The notes: a model not told the origin generated them from the letters alone. Shown: positions 51,885 through 60,570, numbered from the stretch's first letter. The stretch is DNA of 64,000 nucleotides from Minisyncoccota bacterium (GCA_028697455.1 JAQVEZ010000003.1:42972-106971), one strand, 5' to 3'. Numbers and translations are program-made.

Positions 51885-52691
51885 ATGAGTAAGACAAAAA
51901 AAACTAAAATAAAGACTAACGTTGTATACAATGAAAGTTGTTTGGAAACTATGGCAAAAATGCCAGATAATTTTGTAGACTTAACTGTCACCTCTCCTCC
52001 TTATGATAATTTGCGGGATTATGGTGGAAACCCTTTTCCTTTTAAGGAGTTTATGTTAATTGCAAAAGAATTACACCGAGTAACTAAAGACGGTGGTATT
52101 GTTGTTTGGGTTGTTGGAGACCAAACCATAAAAGGAAATGAGACGGGAACATCTTTTAAACAAGCACTCTACTTCAAAGAAGTTGGTTTTAAATTGTTCG
52201 ATACAATGATTTACCAAAAGACTCCCAGGGGTGCAGTTGGTAATAATAAAACATATTGGCAAACTTTTGAGTATATGTTTGTTCTTAGTAAAGGAACCCC
52301 GAAAAGTATTAACTTAATTAAGGACAGAGAAAACAAAAGTGCTAGGGATGGAGATAATGGAACCAAGAGACTTAAGGATGGTACTCTGATTAAACAAAAA
52401 AGGAAGGGTTATTCACAATACGGCAGAAGAACTAACGTCTGGGAATATCTAATAGGCAGAGGACATTCTGCAAGTGATAATATTGCGTATGAACATCCAG
52501 CCATATTTCCAGAGAAACTAGCAGAAGACCATATTATTTCCTGGAGCAATAAAGGAGATATCGTTTATGACCCATTTATGGGAAGTGGAACAACAGCAAA
52601 GATGGCAATCATAAATAAAAGAAAATATATTGGAAGTGAGTTATTTAGTGAATATATAGAAATTATAAATAAAAGAATTAAAAATATATGA
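51885..52691 (+). CDS. Beta-class amino DNA methyltransferase (probably N4-cytosine)
   Basis: TSPPY before HPAIFP and DPFMGSGTT. Confidence 0.92.
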   Translation: MSKTKKTKIKTNVVYNESCLETMAKMPDNFVDLTVTSPPYDNLRDYGGNPFPFKEFMLIAKELHRVTKDGGIVVWVVGDQTIKGNETGTSFKQALYFKEVGFKLFDTMIYQKTPRGAVGNNKTYWQTFEYMFVLSKGTPKSINLIKDRENKSARDGDNGTKRLKDGTLIKQKRKGYSQYGRRTNVWEYLIGRGHSASDNIAYEHPAIFPEKLAEDHIISWSNKGDIVYDPFMGSGTTAKMAIINKRKYIGSELFSEYIEIINKRIKNI

Positions 52692-53146
52692 TTTGTACAG
52701 AGTGTAATAAAAATGAAGCATTAAAGGGTGAATTTTGCGAATCTTGTTTTAATGAAACTAAAATATGCCGTAGGTGTCAAAAGCAGAAAAGTATTTTTGA
52801 ATTTGAAAAAAATCAAAAGAGTATAGCTGGAAAAGTTTCTAGGCGGGGTGAATGTAAAGAATGCAGAAGTTGGAAAAAACCAATAAACCAGAAAGCTCGT
52901 ACTGAATATGAAAAAAATAATCCGCCTACCCCGATAGGAGAATCGTTTACTTGTCCTGTCTGTAAGAAAACTTTTATTCGCCAATTCAAAAATGATGTTG
53001 TATTAGAGCACGACCACAAGACTGGTGAAATAAGGGGGTGGCTTTGCAGAATGTGTAACAATGGTATGGGTATGATGGAAGATGATATTGGAATTTTGGA
53101 ACGAGCAATTAAATGGCTAAAAGGTACATTATCCATATTTCTATAA
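52688..53146 (+). CDS. His-Me finger endonuclease (EndoVII/Hpy99I-like restriction enzyme)
   Basis: Multiple CxxC, FEKNQ, EHDHKTGEIRGWLCRMCNNGMG; ATGA overlap with the MTase. Confidence 0.8.
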   Translation: MICTECNKNEALKGEFCESCFNETKICRRCQKQKSIFEFEKNQKSIAGKVSRRGECKECRSWKKPINQKARTEYEKNNPPTPIGESFTCPVCKKTFIRQFKNDVVLEHDHKTGEIRGWLCRMCNNGMGMMEDDIGILERAIKWLKGTLSIFL

Positions 53147-53150
53147 AAAT

Positions 53151-54650
53151 ATGAAAGCAATAATCTTAGCTAGAGTATCAACAGAAGAACAAAAAGAAGC
53201 TGGAAACTCATTGCCAGCTCAGATAACTCGCATAGAAAGATATTGTGAGCAACAGAAATTTGAGGTTATTGATACCTTTTCTTTTGACGAATCTGCATAT
53301 AAAACAAAAAGAGATGAGTTTGATAAAATACTAGATTTTCTAAAAACTAATAAAGAAAAAGTAGCAGTTTGTTTTGATAAGGTTGATAGACTTTCTCGTA
53401 ATGTTTTTGATAAAAGAGTTTCAGTGCTTTATGAAAAAGCTGTAAATGACGAGATTGAATTACACTTTGTATCAGACGGACAAGTTATTAATTCAAATAT
53501 GTCTGCTGTTGCGAAGTTTCAATTTGGAATGAGTCTAGGACTAGCGAAGTATTACTCAGACGCAATTTCAGACAATGTTAAAAGAGCTTTTGAAAAGATG
53601 AGAGCTGAAGGTAAATGGACTGGAAGAGTGAGAATCGGATACAAGAATACTACAGATGAAAATGGAAATAGAGATATTGCTTTAGATGAAGAGCGGGCTG
53701 ATTTGGTACATAGAATTTTTGAAATGTATGCGACAGGCAATCACTCTATTGCGAGTATCCTAAAAGAGATGAATAAACTTGGATTAAAAAGCTTAAATGG
53801 AAATAAGCTTTCTAAGAGTAATATTGACTTAATCTTGAATGATACTTTTTATTATGGAATGGCGTATTCCAAGAAATATAATTATTACTATCCGCACAAA
53901 TATGAAAAGCTTGTATCAAAGGAATTATTTTTTAAGTGTAAAGAAGTACGACTAGATAGAGCGAGAAAACCCTCAAAGGTTGATTCAAATAACTTTATAT
54001 TTAAAGGGCTTTTGACCTGCCAAAAATGTGGATGTTCTGTTACTCCTGAGATAAAGACTAAGAAGAGCGGAAAGCAATATATTTACTATTCTTGTACTAA
54101 TTCTAAGGGTATTTGCCAAAGAGAATATATACCTGAAAAGACCCTCCTAGAGCCGATTCTAGCCGTTCTAGAGCGATTTGAGAGCATTACACAGGATACA
54201 CAGGACTATCTTCTAAAAGAGCTTAGAAAGAATAATGAAGCTGAGGTTGAATTTCATAAAAAACAGCTAAAACGAATCAATACAGAATATCAAACAATAC
54301 AATCTAAAATTAGCAGACTTACAGACCTTCTTTTAGACAATAGTATTACTAAGGAATCATATGAAGAAAAACTGCAAGAGCTTAAACACAAACAGCTAAA
54401 GCTTGGAGTAGAAATTGATTTATATACAAAAGCAGATAAAGACTATTTATTGACTGTATCTAAAGTACTTTCTCTCGCTACAAGAGTAAAAACAATATTT
54501 GAAAGTTCTGAAATACACGAAAAACGAGCATTGTTAAATTATTTAATTCAGAACCCTACTCTAAACGGAAAAAAGCTATATTTTTCAATAGCTTCTCCAT
54601 ATAATTTGGTACTAGATTTAGCTAGTAAACCTACTTGGCTCCCCGGGTAG
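53151..54650 (+). CDS. Large serine recombinase (integrase), integrated-state C-terminus
   Basis: ARVSTEEQ catalytic Ser, DRLSRN, CQKC...YYSC zinc ribbon, coiled coil; stop lies inside the antisense tRNA. Confidence 0.93.
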   Translation: MKAIILARVSTEEQKEAGNSLPAQITRIERYCEQQKFEVIDTFSFDESAYKTKRDEFDKILDFLKTNKEKVAVCFDKVDRLSRNVFDKRVSVLYEKAVNDEIELHFVSDGQVINSNMSAVAKFQFGMSLGLAKYYSDAISDNVKRAFEKMRAEGKWTGRVRIGYKNTTDENGNRDIALDEERADLVHRIFEMYATGNHSIASILKEMNKLGLKSLNGNKLSKSNIDLILNDTFYYGMAYSKKYNYYYPHKYEKLVSKELFFKCKEVRLDRARKPSKVDSNNFIFKGLLTCQKCGCSVTPEIKTKKSGKQYIYYSCTNSKGICQREYIPEKTLLEPILAVLERFESITQDTQDYLLKELRKNNEAEVEFHKKQLKRINTEYQTIQSKISRLTDLLLDNSITKESYEEKLQELKHKQLKLGVEIDLYTKADKDYLLTVSKVLSLATRVKTIFESSEIHEKRALLNYLIQNPTLNGKKLYFSIASPYNLVLDLASKPTWLPG

Positions 54651-54710
54651 GATTCGAACCTACGGCCAATCGGTTAACAGCCGATTGCTCTACCGCTGAG
54701 CTACCGGGGA
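54636..54710 (-). tRNA. tRNA-Asn (GTT)
   Basis: TCCCCGGTAGCTCAGCGGTAGAGCAATCGGCTGTTAACCGATTGGCCGTAGGTTCGAATCCTACCCGGGGAGCCA. Confidence 0.97.
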
Positions 54711-54772
54711 ATCGTGAATAATATATCACAGGGGGTATAAAAATGCAAAACAAAAAAGCTTTTGAAGCTTTT

Positions 54773-55807
54773 TTAAAATCTTTGCTCTGGGCCACGCTCG
54801 GGGTCATCATAAGGAGGAAAACCATAAGGCGTAGGTAGCTCATAAGGAGGATAGTTATTTCTCCTTTTTATTTGGTTTTTCTTTCGTGTAATGAGGTAAA
54901 ACAAGACGACAGCCCCAAAGAGCATGAGAATAACAATAATAAGGAAAAGATAATTTACTCCAATTCCAGTGCTGAGACTTCCTTCGTTTGAGGCTGTCAC
55001 TCCTGGGGTATAAGGAGCGACACGAACAATTTCTCCCTCTTCAGTATCATTGCTTGCGCTCTGTGAAAATTCAGAAACGGAATCATGGGTTCTTCCTTTG
55101 ACGATAGCGTCTTTTTCCTCTTGGCTCATAAGGTCTTGTTGAGCAGCTTTCTTTTTGTTTCGTTCGGCTTTTGTTGGGAGTCTAAATTTTTTGAAAAAAT
55201 CAAAAATATTAAAAGAAAAAATCGGTTTTTTTCCTGAGACGGTTTGTGTTCCTGAAAAAAGAGCGCTTCCTGTTTTGATCGTATCAGAAGGAGTGAGGTC
55301 AACGGATCCATAGCCTGCAGAAAAATCTCCTCCGTTACTTCCTCCTTGGGTTGAACCTTCAGGGGGGATAGCTTCTCCTGTATTAAAATCAACAACACCT
55401 CCAGAATAAGTTTGCCCTTCAAGAGCAAGATACGCCTCTACATAAAAAACAGTATTTTGTGGAAAATTTGTTGCTCCTTGAGTTACGACATGCGTACCGA
55501 GGCTTCCCTTTTTTTGTTCTGAACTATAAGCAAGGGCTGATGGATCAGGACCAAAACGAAACCAGGTGATCACATTTCCAGTATAGGGTTCCACCATTGG
55601 TTCTGCGGTATATTGAGCTCTAAACTCAACGATACCATTATTGACGGTAGGAAATCCTGTTTGGATTGATGAAAGAGCTTCTCCTGTTGGGGTTCCTCCT
55701 TCTCCAGATCCTCCGCCCCAAATCTGAGCAGAAGAAAAAGAAGGGGTCAAAAACCCAACGGTAAGAAGTATAGCTAGTGTTATTGTATTGCGTAAAAATA
55801 ATTTCAT
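54773..55807 (-). CDS. Exported surface protein with C-terminal TM anchor
   Basis: Signal peptide ...SSA/Q, beta-rich domain, TM plus RKK and Pro/Tyr-rich tail. Confidence 0.7.
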   Translation of the reverse strand: MKLFLRNTITLAILLTVGFLTPSFSSAQIWGGGSGEGGTPTGEALSSIQTGFPTVNNGIVEFRAQYTAEPMVEPYTGNVITWFRFGPDPSALAYSSEQKKGSLGTHVVTQGATNFPQNTVFYVEAYLALEGQTYSGGVVDFNTGEAIPPEGSTQGGSNGGDFSAGYGSVDLTPSDTIKTGSALFSGTQTVSGKKPIFSFNIFDFFKKFRLPTKAERNKKKAAQQDLMSQEEKDAIVKGRTHDSVSEFSQSASNDTEEGEIVRVAPYTPGVTASNEGSLSTGIGVNYLFLIIVILMLFGAVVLFYLITRKKNQIKRRNNYPPYELPTPYGFPPYDDPERGPEQRF

Positions 55808-55812
55808 AAAAA

Positions 55813-56559
55813 TCAAAGTTGATGCTCAGCAATCTGAGTTCTTTTTATTCTCAACGACAGTGCCCCACATCCATAATGTTCTCCAATAGAGTGTACCAAA
55901 GAACGAATGTAGGTTCCCGAAGATACCCCAAATCGTGCTGTAAAGACAGTATAACGGTTATCAGGCCTCTCGTCCAAATATCTTTCCCAGTGTGATTTAA
56001 TTTCTTCTTGTCGAAAATCTCCTTCAATAAAGTCAATGACCGAAAGATATTCTGAGATAAGTTCCCCACGCTTAAGCTCTCTGTGAGAAACAAGCTCAGC
56101 AGAAAAAACTTCACGTGATTCTTTGGGAAAAATAATGCCATCAAGCTGATCTTCACGTGCATATTGCCAGAGAGACTTTCCTTTGATTGTTTTTGATGAG
56201 TATGGTGGATATTCCTGCTCCTGAACCCCTGCAAGAGATCCAACAAAAGAGCTCAAGTCTTTTTTATGAGGAAAGGGTTTTGGGTCTTTTGTCTCTTTGA
56301 GGATTCCAAGAGCATCATAAGTATCAGAAGAAACCCCAAAGAGAAAATCAACTTCATAGGTTTTGGAAAGTTTGTTATAGCGGTCCTTGTGGTGGACATC
56401 TTCATCTGTAAGGAGGATCATCAACCCTTCGGCAAGAGGATCGAGTCGTCCTGCGTAGGTAATCTTTGCATCTTGAAATTCAGGATGGGTAGATCGGAAT
56501 CTCTCAAGGGTTATCAAAAGAGTTTCTCCGTATTTTTTATTCCAATGAATCACTGCCAT
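55813..56559 (-). CDS. truB: tRNA pseudouridine synthase, TruB-like
   Basis: YAGRLDPLAEG, PPYSS, VSSGTYIRSL; start placed 7 nt after TATAAT. Confidence 0.85.
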   Translation of the reverse strand: MAVIHWNKKYGETLLITLERFRSTHPEFQDAKITYAGRLDPLAEGLMILLTDEDVHHKDRYNKLSKTYEVDFLFGVSSDTYDALGILKETKDPKPFPHKKDLSSFVGSLAGVQEQEYPPYSSKTIKGKSLWQYAREDQLDGIIFPKESREVFSAELVSHRELKRGELISEYLSVIDFIEGDFRQEEIKSHWERYLDERPDNRYTVFTARFGVSSGTYIRSLVHSIGEHYGCGALSLRIKRTQIAEHQL

Positions 56560-56622
56560 CGTGCCCATTATACTCATAAAACCAAAAAACACCTCTCGGT
56601 GTTTTGTGTTCTCTATATAGAT

Positions 56623-56784
56623 TTAGTTCTCTTGCCCCTGCATTGCAGAAAGGAGTTGTTGGTAGAGTCCCAAGAGTTCAGTGTAGATACTGATCAATGG
56701 GTTGTTATTTACAAATCCGTTTTGAGGTCTACAGAAGGTAGTAACTCCGGCAGTACAGAATCGAGTTCCGAAGATGTTTGAGGA
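56623..56784 (-). repeat. Conserved 3' module, copy 3
   Basis: Same length and frame as 11109-11270. Confidence 0.9.
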
Positions 56785-57846
56785 TGAACCTTTTTGCGGA
56801 GGAAATTCTCCAAGAAGGATTCTGTTATTGTCATCAGATTCAAAAGCTACTGCAACAAATTTATTATCAGCATAAGCAACAGAAATATACCCGTGTTGTG
56901 GGTCGGTATCAACGGTCTCCCAGTTAATCCCATCCTTAGATATAGCAACAGCCTTTCCTGGTTCACTCAAATTATTATCGTAGTCATACGATACCATCAC
57001 AAAGTATCCATTTCCAAAAGCAATATCTTCCCACATTGCCTTGGTGTCAGGAGAAGAATAAGCTGTCCAATTCTTACCATCGCTTGATACAATAATATCT
57101 TGAGCAGCTCCATCATCTTCTGAGATGGCTACGAATTTACCATTTCCATAGGCAACACTGGTCCAAGATCCACCTCCAGCCACTGGTGCTGTAAAGTATT
57201 GCCAGGTTTGTCCTTTGTCTTCGGATACAGCGATGTGTTTTCCATCAGTTGCTGCTTGATTTTTAGACCCAACAACAACGATTTTTCCATCTCCATAAGC
57301 AATACCAGACCAATATTTAGATGCCTCTTCTCCTTTCGCCACCCAGTTTAATCCATCAGTTGAAATGTATATTTGTTTATAAGCACCTTTCCCGCTATAG
57401 CTTCGTGAATAATCAACTGCAACAAAAACATCATCAACAAAAGCGAGGTCTCCTATTTGAATTCCAGAAAAACTCCCCAAAGGAACGCCAGGAACTCCTG
57501 TCCAAGTTTCTCCCCCATCAGTTGATCGATAAAAAACATTACCAGACCAAGCATTTCCAAGAACAAAAGCTCCGTTTCCGTAAGCAATTCCAGTAAACCA
57601 TTGGCTCCCTCCCCAAGTAAATGGGGCTAGTTCCCAATTTTTACCATCTTCTGAGATCATAATACGATTTGTCCCATTTGAAGAAACTGCAACAAATTTC
57701 CCTTCACCATAGGTTACAGCACGCCAAGCATTTTGTGCAGGAGCTTCGATACTTGTCCATTCAATTTCATTTGCATAAGCATCTGTCCCTAAGAATGCAA
57801 GACTTAAAAAAAATATTGATAATAATATAAAATTAATTTTCTTCAT
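56623..57846 (-). CDS. Secreted Asp-box beta-propeller protein with conserved C-terminal module (family member 3)
   Basis: Signal peptide ...AYA/NEIEW; AYGNGKFVA and SxDGxNW repeats; C-term IFGTRFCTAGVTTFCRPQNGF...IYTELLGLYQQLLSAMQGQEN. Confidence 0.85.
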   Translation of the reverse strand: MKKINFILLSIFFLSLAFLGTDAYANEIEWTSIEAPAQNAWRAVTYGEGKFVAVSSNGTNRIMISEDGKNWELAPFTWGGSQWFTGIAYGNGAFVLGNAWSGNVFYRSTDGGETWTGVPGVPLGSFSGIQIGDLAFVDDVFVAVDYSRSYSGKGAYKQIYISTDGLNWVAKGEEASKYWSGIAYGDGKIVVVGSKNQAATDGKHIAVSEDKGQTWQYFTAPVAGGGSWTSVAYGNGKFVAISEDDGAAQDIIVSSDGKNWTAYSSPDTKAMWEDIAFGNGYFVMVSYDYDNNLSEPGKAVAISKDGINWETVDTDPQHGYISVAYADNKFVAVAFESDDNNRILLGEFPPQKGSSSNIFGTRFCTAGVTTFCRPQNGFVNNNPLISIYTELLGLYQQLLSAMQGQEN

Positions 57847-57855
57847 ATATTTTTT

Positions 57856-57886
57856 ATTGTATCATTCTGCCCCCCCCCCGAGTCAA
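57856..57886 (-). promoter_or_regulatory. Sigma70 promoter with G10 tract in spacer
   Basis: TTGACT-cGGGGGGGGGGcagaaTGa(19 nt)-TACAAT. Confidence 0.8.
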
Positions 57887-57948
57887 GTTTTTTGAGGAAA
57901 AATAAAAACAATCTGTGGATAAATAAAAAACACTTTCATAAGTGTTTT

Positions 57949-58650
57949 TTATTCAAGCCAGTGTTCTTTTTCGAGAGCAGCTTGAGCTGCGTTCTGTTGA
58001 GCTTCTCGTTTACTGTTTCCCTGTCCTTCAGCTATTTTTTTCTCTCCAAAATAAATAGCAATAACAAATTTTTTGTTATGGTCAGGGCCTTCTTCTGAGA
58101 GGGTTTCATAGTGAGGAGTTTCATTATATACCTCTTGGGCTTTTTCTTGGACATAGGATTTTGCATCTCGCCAAAGCCCTTCATCGATAATGGTATCAAT
58201 ATTTTTCAAAAGGTGTGTTTCAATAAAAAGCTTTGCCGCGTCATAACCCACATCAAGATACAAGGCTCCCAAAAAAGATTCAAAAGTATTCGCAAGAATA
58301 TAGTCTCGTGCCTTTCCCTGGTCTTTTGCTTCTCCTTTGGAAAGCATCAAGACGTCATTCATTCCAAGCTTTCGTGCTACCTCAGAAATACTTTCCGTTC
58401 TTACCAGCGCCGAACGATAAGCAGTGAGCTGTCCTTCAGGATCATCAGGATACCGAAGATAGAGAAAGTGCGTCACCACGAGTTCCAACACAGCATCTCC
58501 CAAGAATTCAAGGCGCTCGTTGTGCTCAAGCCCTGTGTCTTTATGTTCGTTGATATAGGAACGGTGAATAAAAGCTTGGCGCAATAATTCTTTATCAGAA
58601 AATTCAAGGTGTATTTTTTTTTCAAAATCTAAATAAGCTTGTAAGTCCAT
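57949..58650 (-). CDS. rnc: Ribonuclease III
   Basis: HNERLEFLGDAVL, dsRBD. Confidence 0.97.
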   Translation of the reverse strand: MDLQAYLDFEKKIHLEFSDKELLRQAFIHRSYINEHKDTGLEHNERLEFLGDAVLELVVTHFLYLRYPDDPEGQLTAYRSALVRTESISEVARKLGMNDVLMLSKGEAKDQGKARDYILANTFESFLGALYLDVGYDAAKLFIETHLLKNIDTIIDEGLWRDAKSYVQEKAQEVYNETPHYETLSEEGPDHNKKFVIAIYFGEKKIAEGQGNSKREAQQNAAQAALEKEHWLE

Positions 58651-58655
58651 AAAAT

Positions 58656-59576
58656 CTATTCGTTAAGTCCCTCTTTTGCGGTGATAATTTCAATTGACTG
58701 AATAATCATCTGAGAAACATCTTCATACATACTGAGTTCTGAAATTTCTTCCAAAGGAAACCAGCGCACATCATCAAGTCCTCCAGTTCCTTCTTCGAGC
58801 GTTGGTTGAGTAAAGCCTGCTTTTCCAAGGAAATAAGTGACATTTTTTCTTACAGGACCTCGTTCAGGGTGATAGGCGATATATTCGTTTTCTCCTATTT
58901 TTTGAACGATCTCAATATCCCAATTGGTTTCTTCTTTGACCTCGCGAATGGTTCCTTCTTCGAGCGTTTCTCCCTCATCGATTGTCCCCTTTGCAAGAGT
59001 CCAATATCCAAAAACATCATGCACCATCCCAAGATGGACAGCGCCTTGATCATCAACAGCGTATACTACAGCGGCTCCCTTATTATCAATAGGCATTTCT
59101 TCATAAGGAACGTCAGGAATCTTTTTCTTGGTTTCTTGATCTTTCCCTGGTTCACCCATTTCTTTATAGATAGCACCCATGACACCATTAACGAATTTAT
59201 TACTCTTGGCTCCTCCGAATTTTTTGGCAAGTTCAATAGATTCGTTGAGAGCAACCTTGGGAGGAATAAGTTCATTATCAGCAAAAAGAAGCTCGTAAAT
59301 TCCTAGACGAAGAATATTACGATCAACCACAGTAATTTTATCAATGGTCCAACCGGGTGAAGCTTTTTCGATAAGTTCATCAAGAATCACTCTTCTTGAT
59401 GCAATGGACTCGAGGTTTTCCAAAAGCTCATGGAGTTCCTTTTCATCGATGGTGACTTTTTGAAAAGAATTCACGATATATTCAAGATAATCCTTGAGCG
59501 AAGTATTTGAATAATTATGAACATCCCATTCGTAGAGTGTTTGTAAAAGAATCGTTCGATAGAGTTGTCTATTCAT
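58656..59576 (-). CDS. nusB: NusB fused to a C-terminal NUDIX domain
   Basis: DRNILRLG...ALNESIELAKKFG...FVNGVMG, then WTLAKG...REVKEET. Confidence 0.9.
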   Translation of the reverse strand: MNRQLYRTILLQTLYEWDVHNYSNTSLKDYLEYIVNSFQKVTIDEKELHELLENLESIASRRVILDELIEKASPGWTIDKITVVDRNILRLGIYELLFADNELIPPKVALNESIELAKKFGGAKSNKFVNGVMGAIYKEMGEPGKDQETKKKIPDVPYEEMPIDNKGAAVVYAVDDQGAVHLGMVHDVFGYWTLAKGTIDEGETLEEGTIREVKEETNWDIEIVQKIGENEYIAYHPERGPVRKNVTYFLGKAGFTQPTLEEGTGGLDDVRWFPLEEISELSMYEDVSQMIIQSIEIITAKEGLNE

Positions 59577-59615
59577 AGTTGATAGTATAACACAATGTAA
59601 AAAACAAGTTTATGA

Positions 59616-59822
59616 TTAACTTGTTTTTTTAACTTTCTTGAGCGCTTTTTTTGCAACATCAATAATTTGTTTTCCGCGGTAAGTTCCTGTTTCAAGGCTT
59701 ACTCGGTGTCGCAAATGCTGTGCTCCTGTTTCCTTATCGGTAACAATTGTATTTGCTCGGAGGGCATGATGAGAACGTCGGTTCCCAGTATGCGCTCGAG
59801 TATGTCTCATGTGAATAACCAT
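59616..59822 (-). CDS. rpmF: 50S ribosomal protein L32, Cys-free form
   Basis: RRSHHAL...[18 protein letters not shown]; start at MVIH. Confidence 0.9.
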   Translation of the reverse strand: MVIHMRHTRAHTGNRRSHHALRANTIVTDKETGAQHLRHRVSLETGTYRGKQIIDVAKKALKKVKKTS

Positions 59823-59901
59823 AATGTAGACTAGTATACGTATAAATCCTTTTTTGGCAAGAAAAAAGCCCTCCGAAAAGGGCCTATGTAGGTTTGCTCT
59901 T

Positions 59902-60570
59902 TCAATAGCCATAGGACGCGAGCAAATCGTCCTGGCTTGTTTTCTGAGACTTTTCCCGGTTGATGACGAAACCGTCAACAACAGAGATGTGGCTACGTGC
60001 AAAGTTATACTTTGCCGTAGAATCTCCCAGAGGAAGGAGGGCCGTGTCTTCAATGTCGAAATCCACACAATGGAAATCTATTCCCCGTTTAGGGAGAAAT
60101 TCAACATTATCTCCCTCTTTTATAGGGACAAAGTGTCCTTCAAAAGAAGACCAGGTCATAACCTCTTCTATTACATAGAAGTACTGGTCATGCTCGGGGC
60201 TCACCACCTTGTGCTCAAAGAGTTCGAACTTGATAGGGATCAATCCAGTTTCTTCAATTAACTCAACAACCATTTGCAAGGCATATTGCCCTACATTGGT
60301 TGTAGTCAAGCTAAGGAGAATTTCATTCACCTCCTTTTCGTGGAGGTCAATAACTTTCCTTCCAAAAACTTTTGAGAGAGTTTCCCTGATTTTCTCAAGA
60401 ACTGAGTTCTTGGAATCGGGGATATAGAAGTCTCGGCCCCCTTGCTTCTCAGAAGTTCCTCCTGGAAGCTTATACACCTCTCCTTTGTGGTGTTTAACTG
60501 TTAAAAGAAGTTCCTCTCCCTTTGAGCCTGCAAGAATAAATATCCCCGCGGCAAAAAATGTTTTCCTCAT
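59902..60570 (-). CDS. Divergent NUDIX-like orphan
   Basis: YKLPGG and ELIEETG separated by a long insertion. Confidence 0.55.
   Translation of the reverse strand: MRKTFFAAGIFILAGSKGEELLLTVKHHKGEVYKLPGGTSEKQGGRDFYIPDSKNSVLEKIRETLSKVFGRKVIDLHEKEVNEILLSLTTTNVGQYALQMVVELIEETGLIPIKFELFEHKVVSPEHDQYFYVIEEVMTWSSFEGHFVPIKEGDNVEFLPKRGIDFHCVDFDIEDTALLPLGDSTAKYNFARSHISVVDGFVINREKSQKTSQDDLLASYGY

Larger units (their letters stand above)
47530..54644 (+). mobile_element. ~7.1-kb integrative element in tRNA-Asn 3' end (serine integrase, Rep-like, Bro-N, excisionase-like HTH, type II R-M)
   Basis: GCTCCCC direct repeat at 47530-47536 and 54638-54644; plus-strand genes in a minus-strand backbone; visibly more AT-rich. 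Confidence 0.85.

Noticed and set aside
11109-56784. 3' repeats as DGR template/variable repeats
   Set aside because: Differences are mostly synonymous and not adenine-restricted, all copies are in coding ends, and no reverse transcriptase is in the window
59823-60068. Long N-terminal extension of L32 in the ORF track
   Set aside because: Overlaps another gene and a terminator; TATACT sits just before the ATG at 59822
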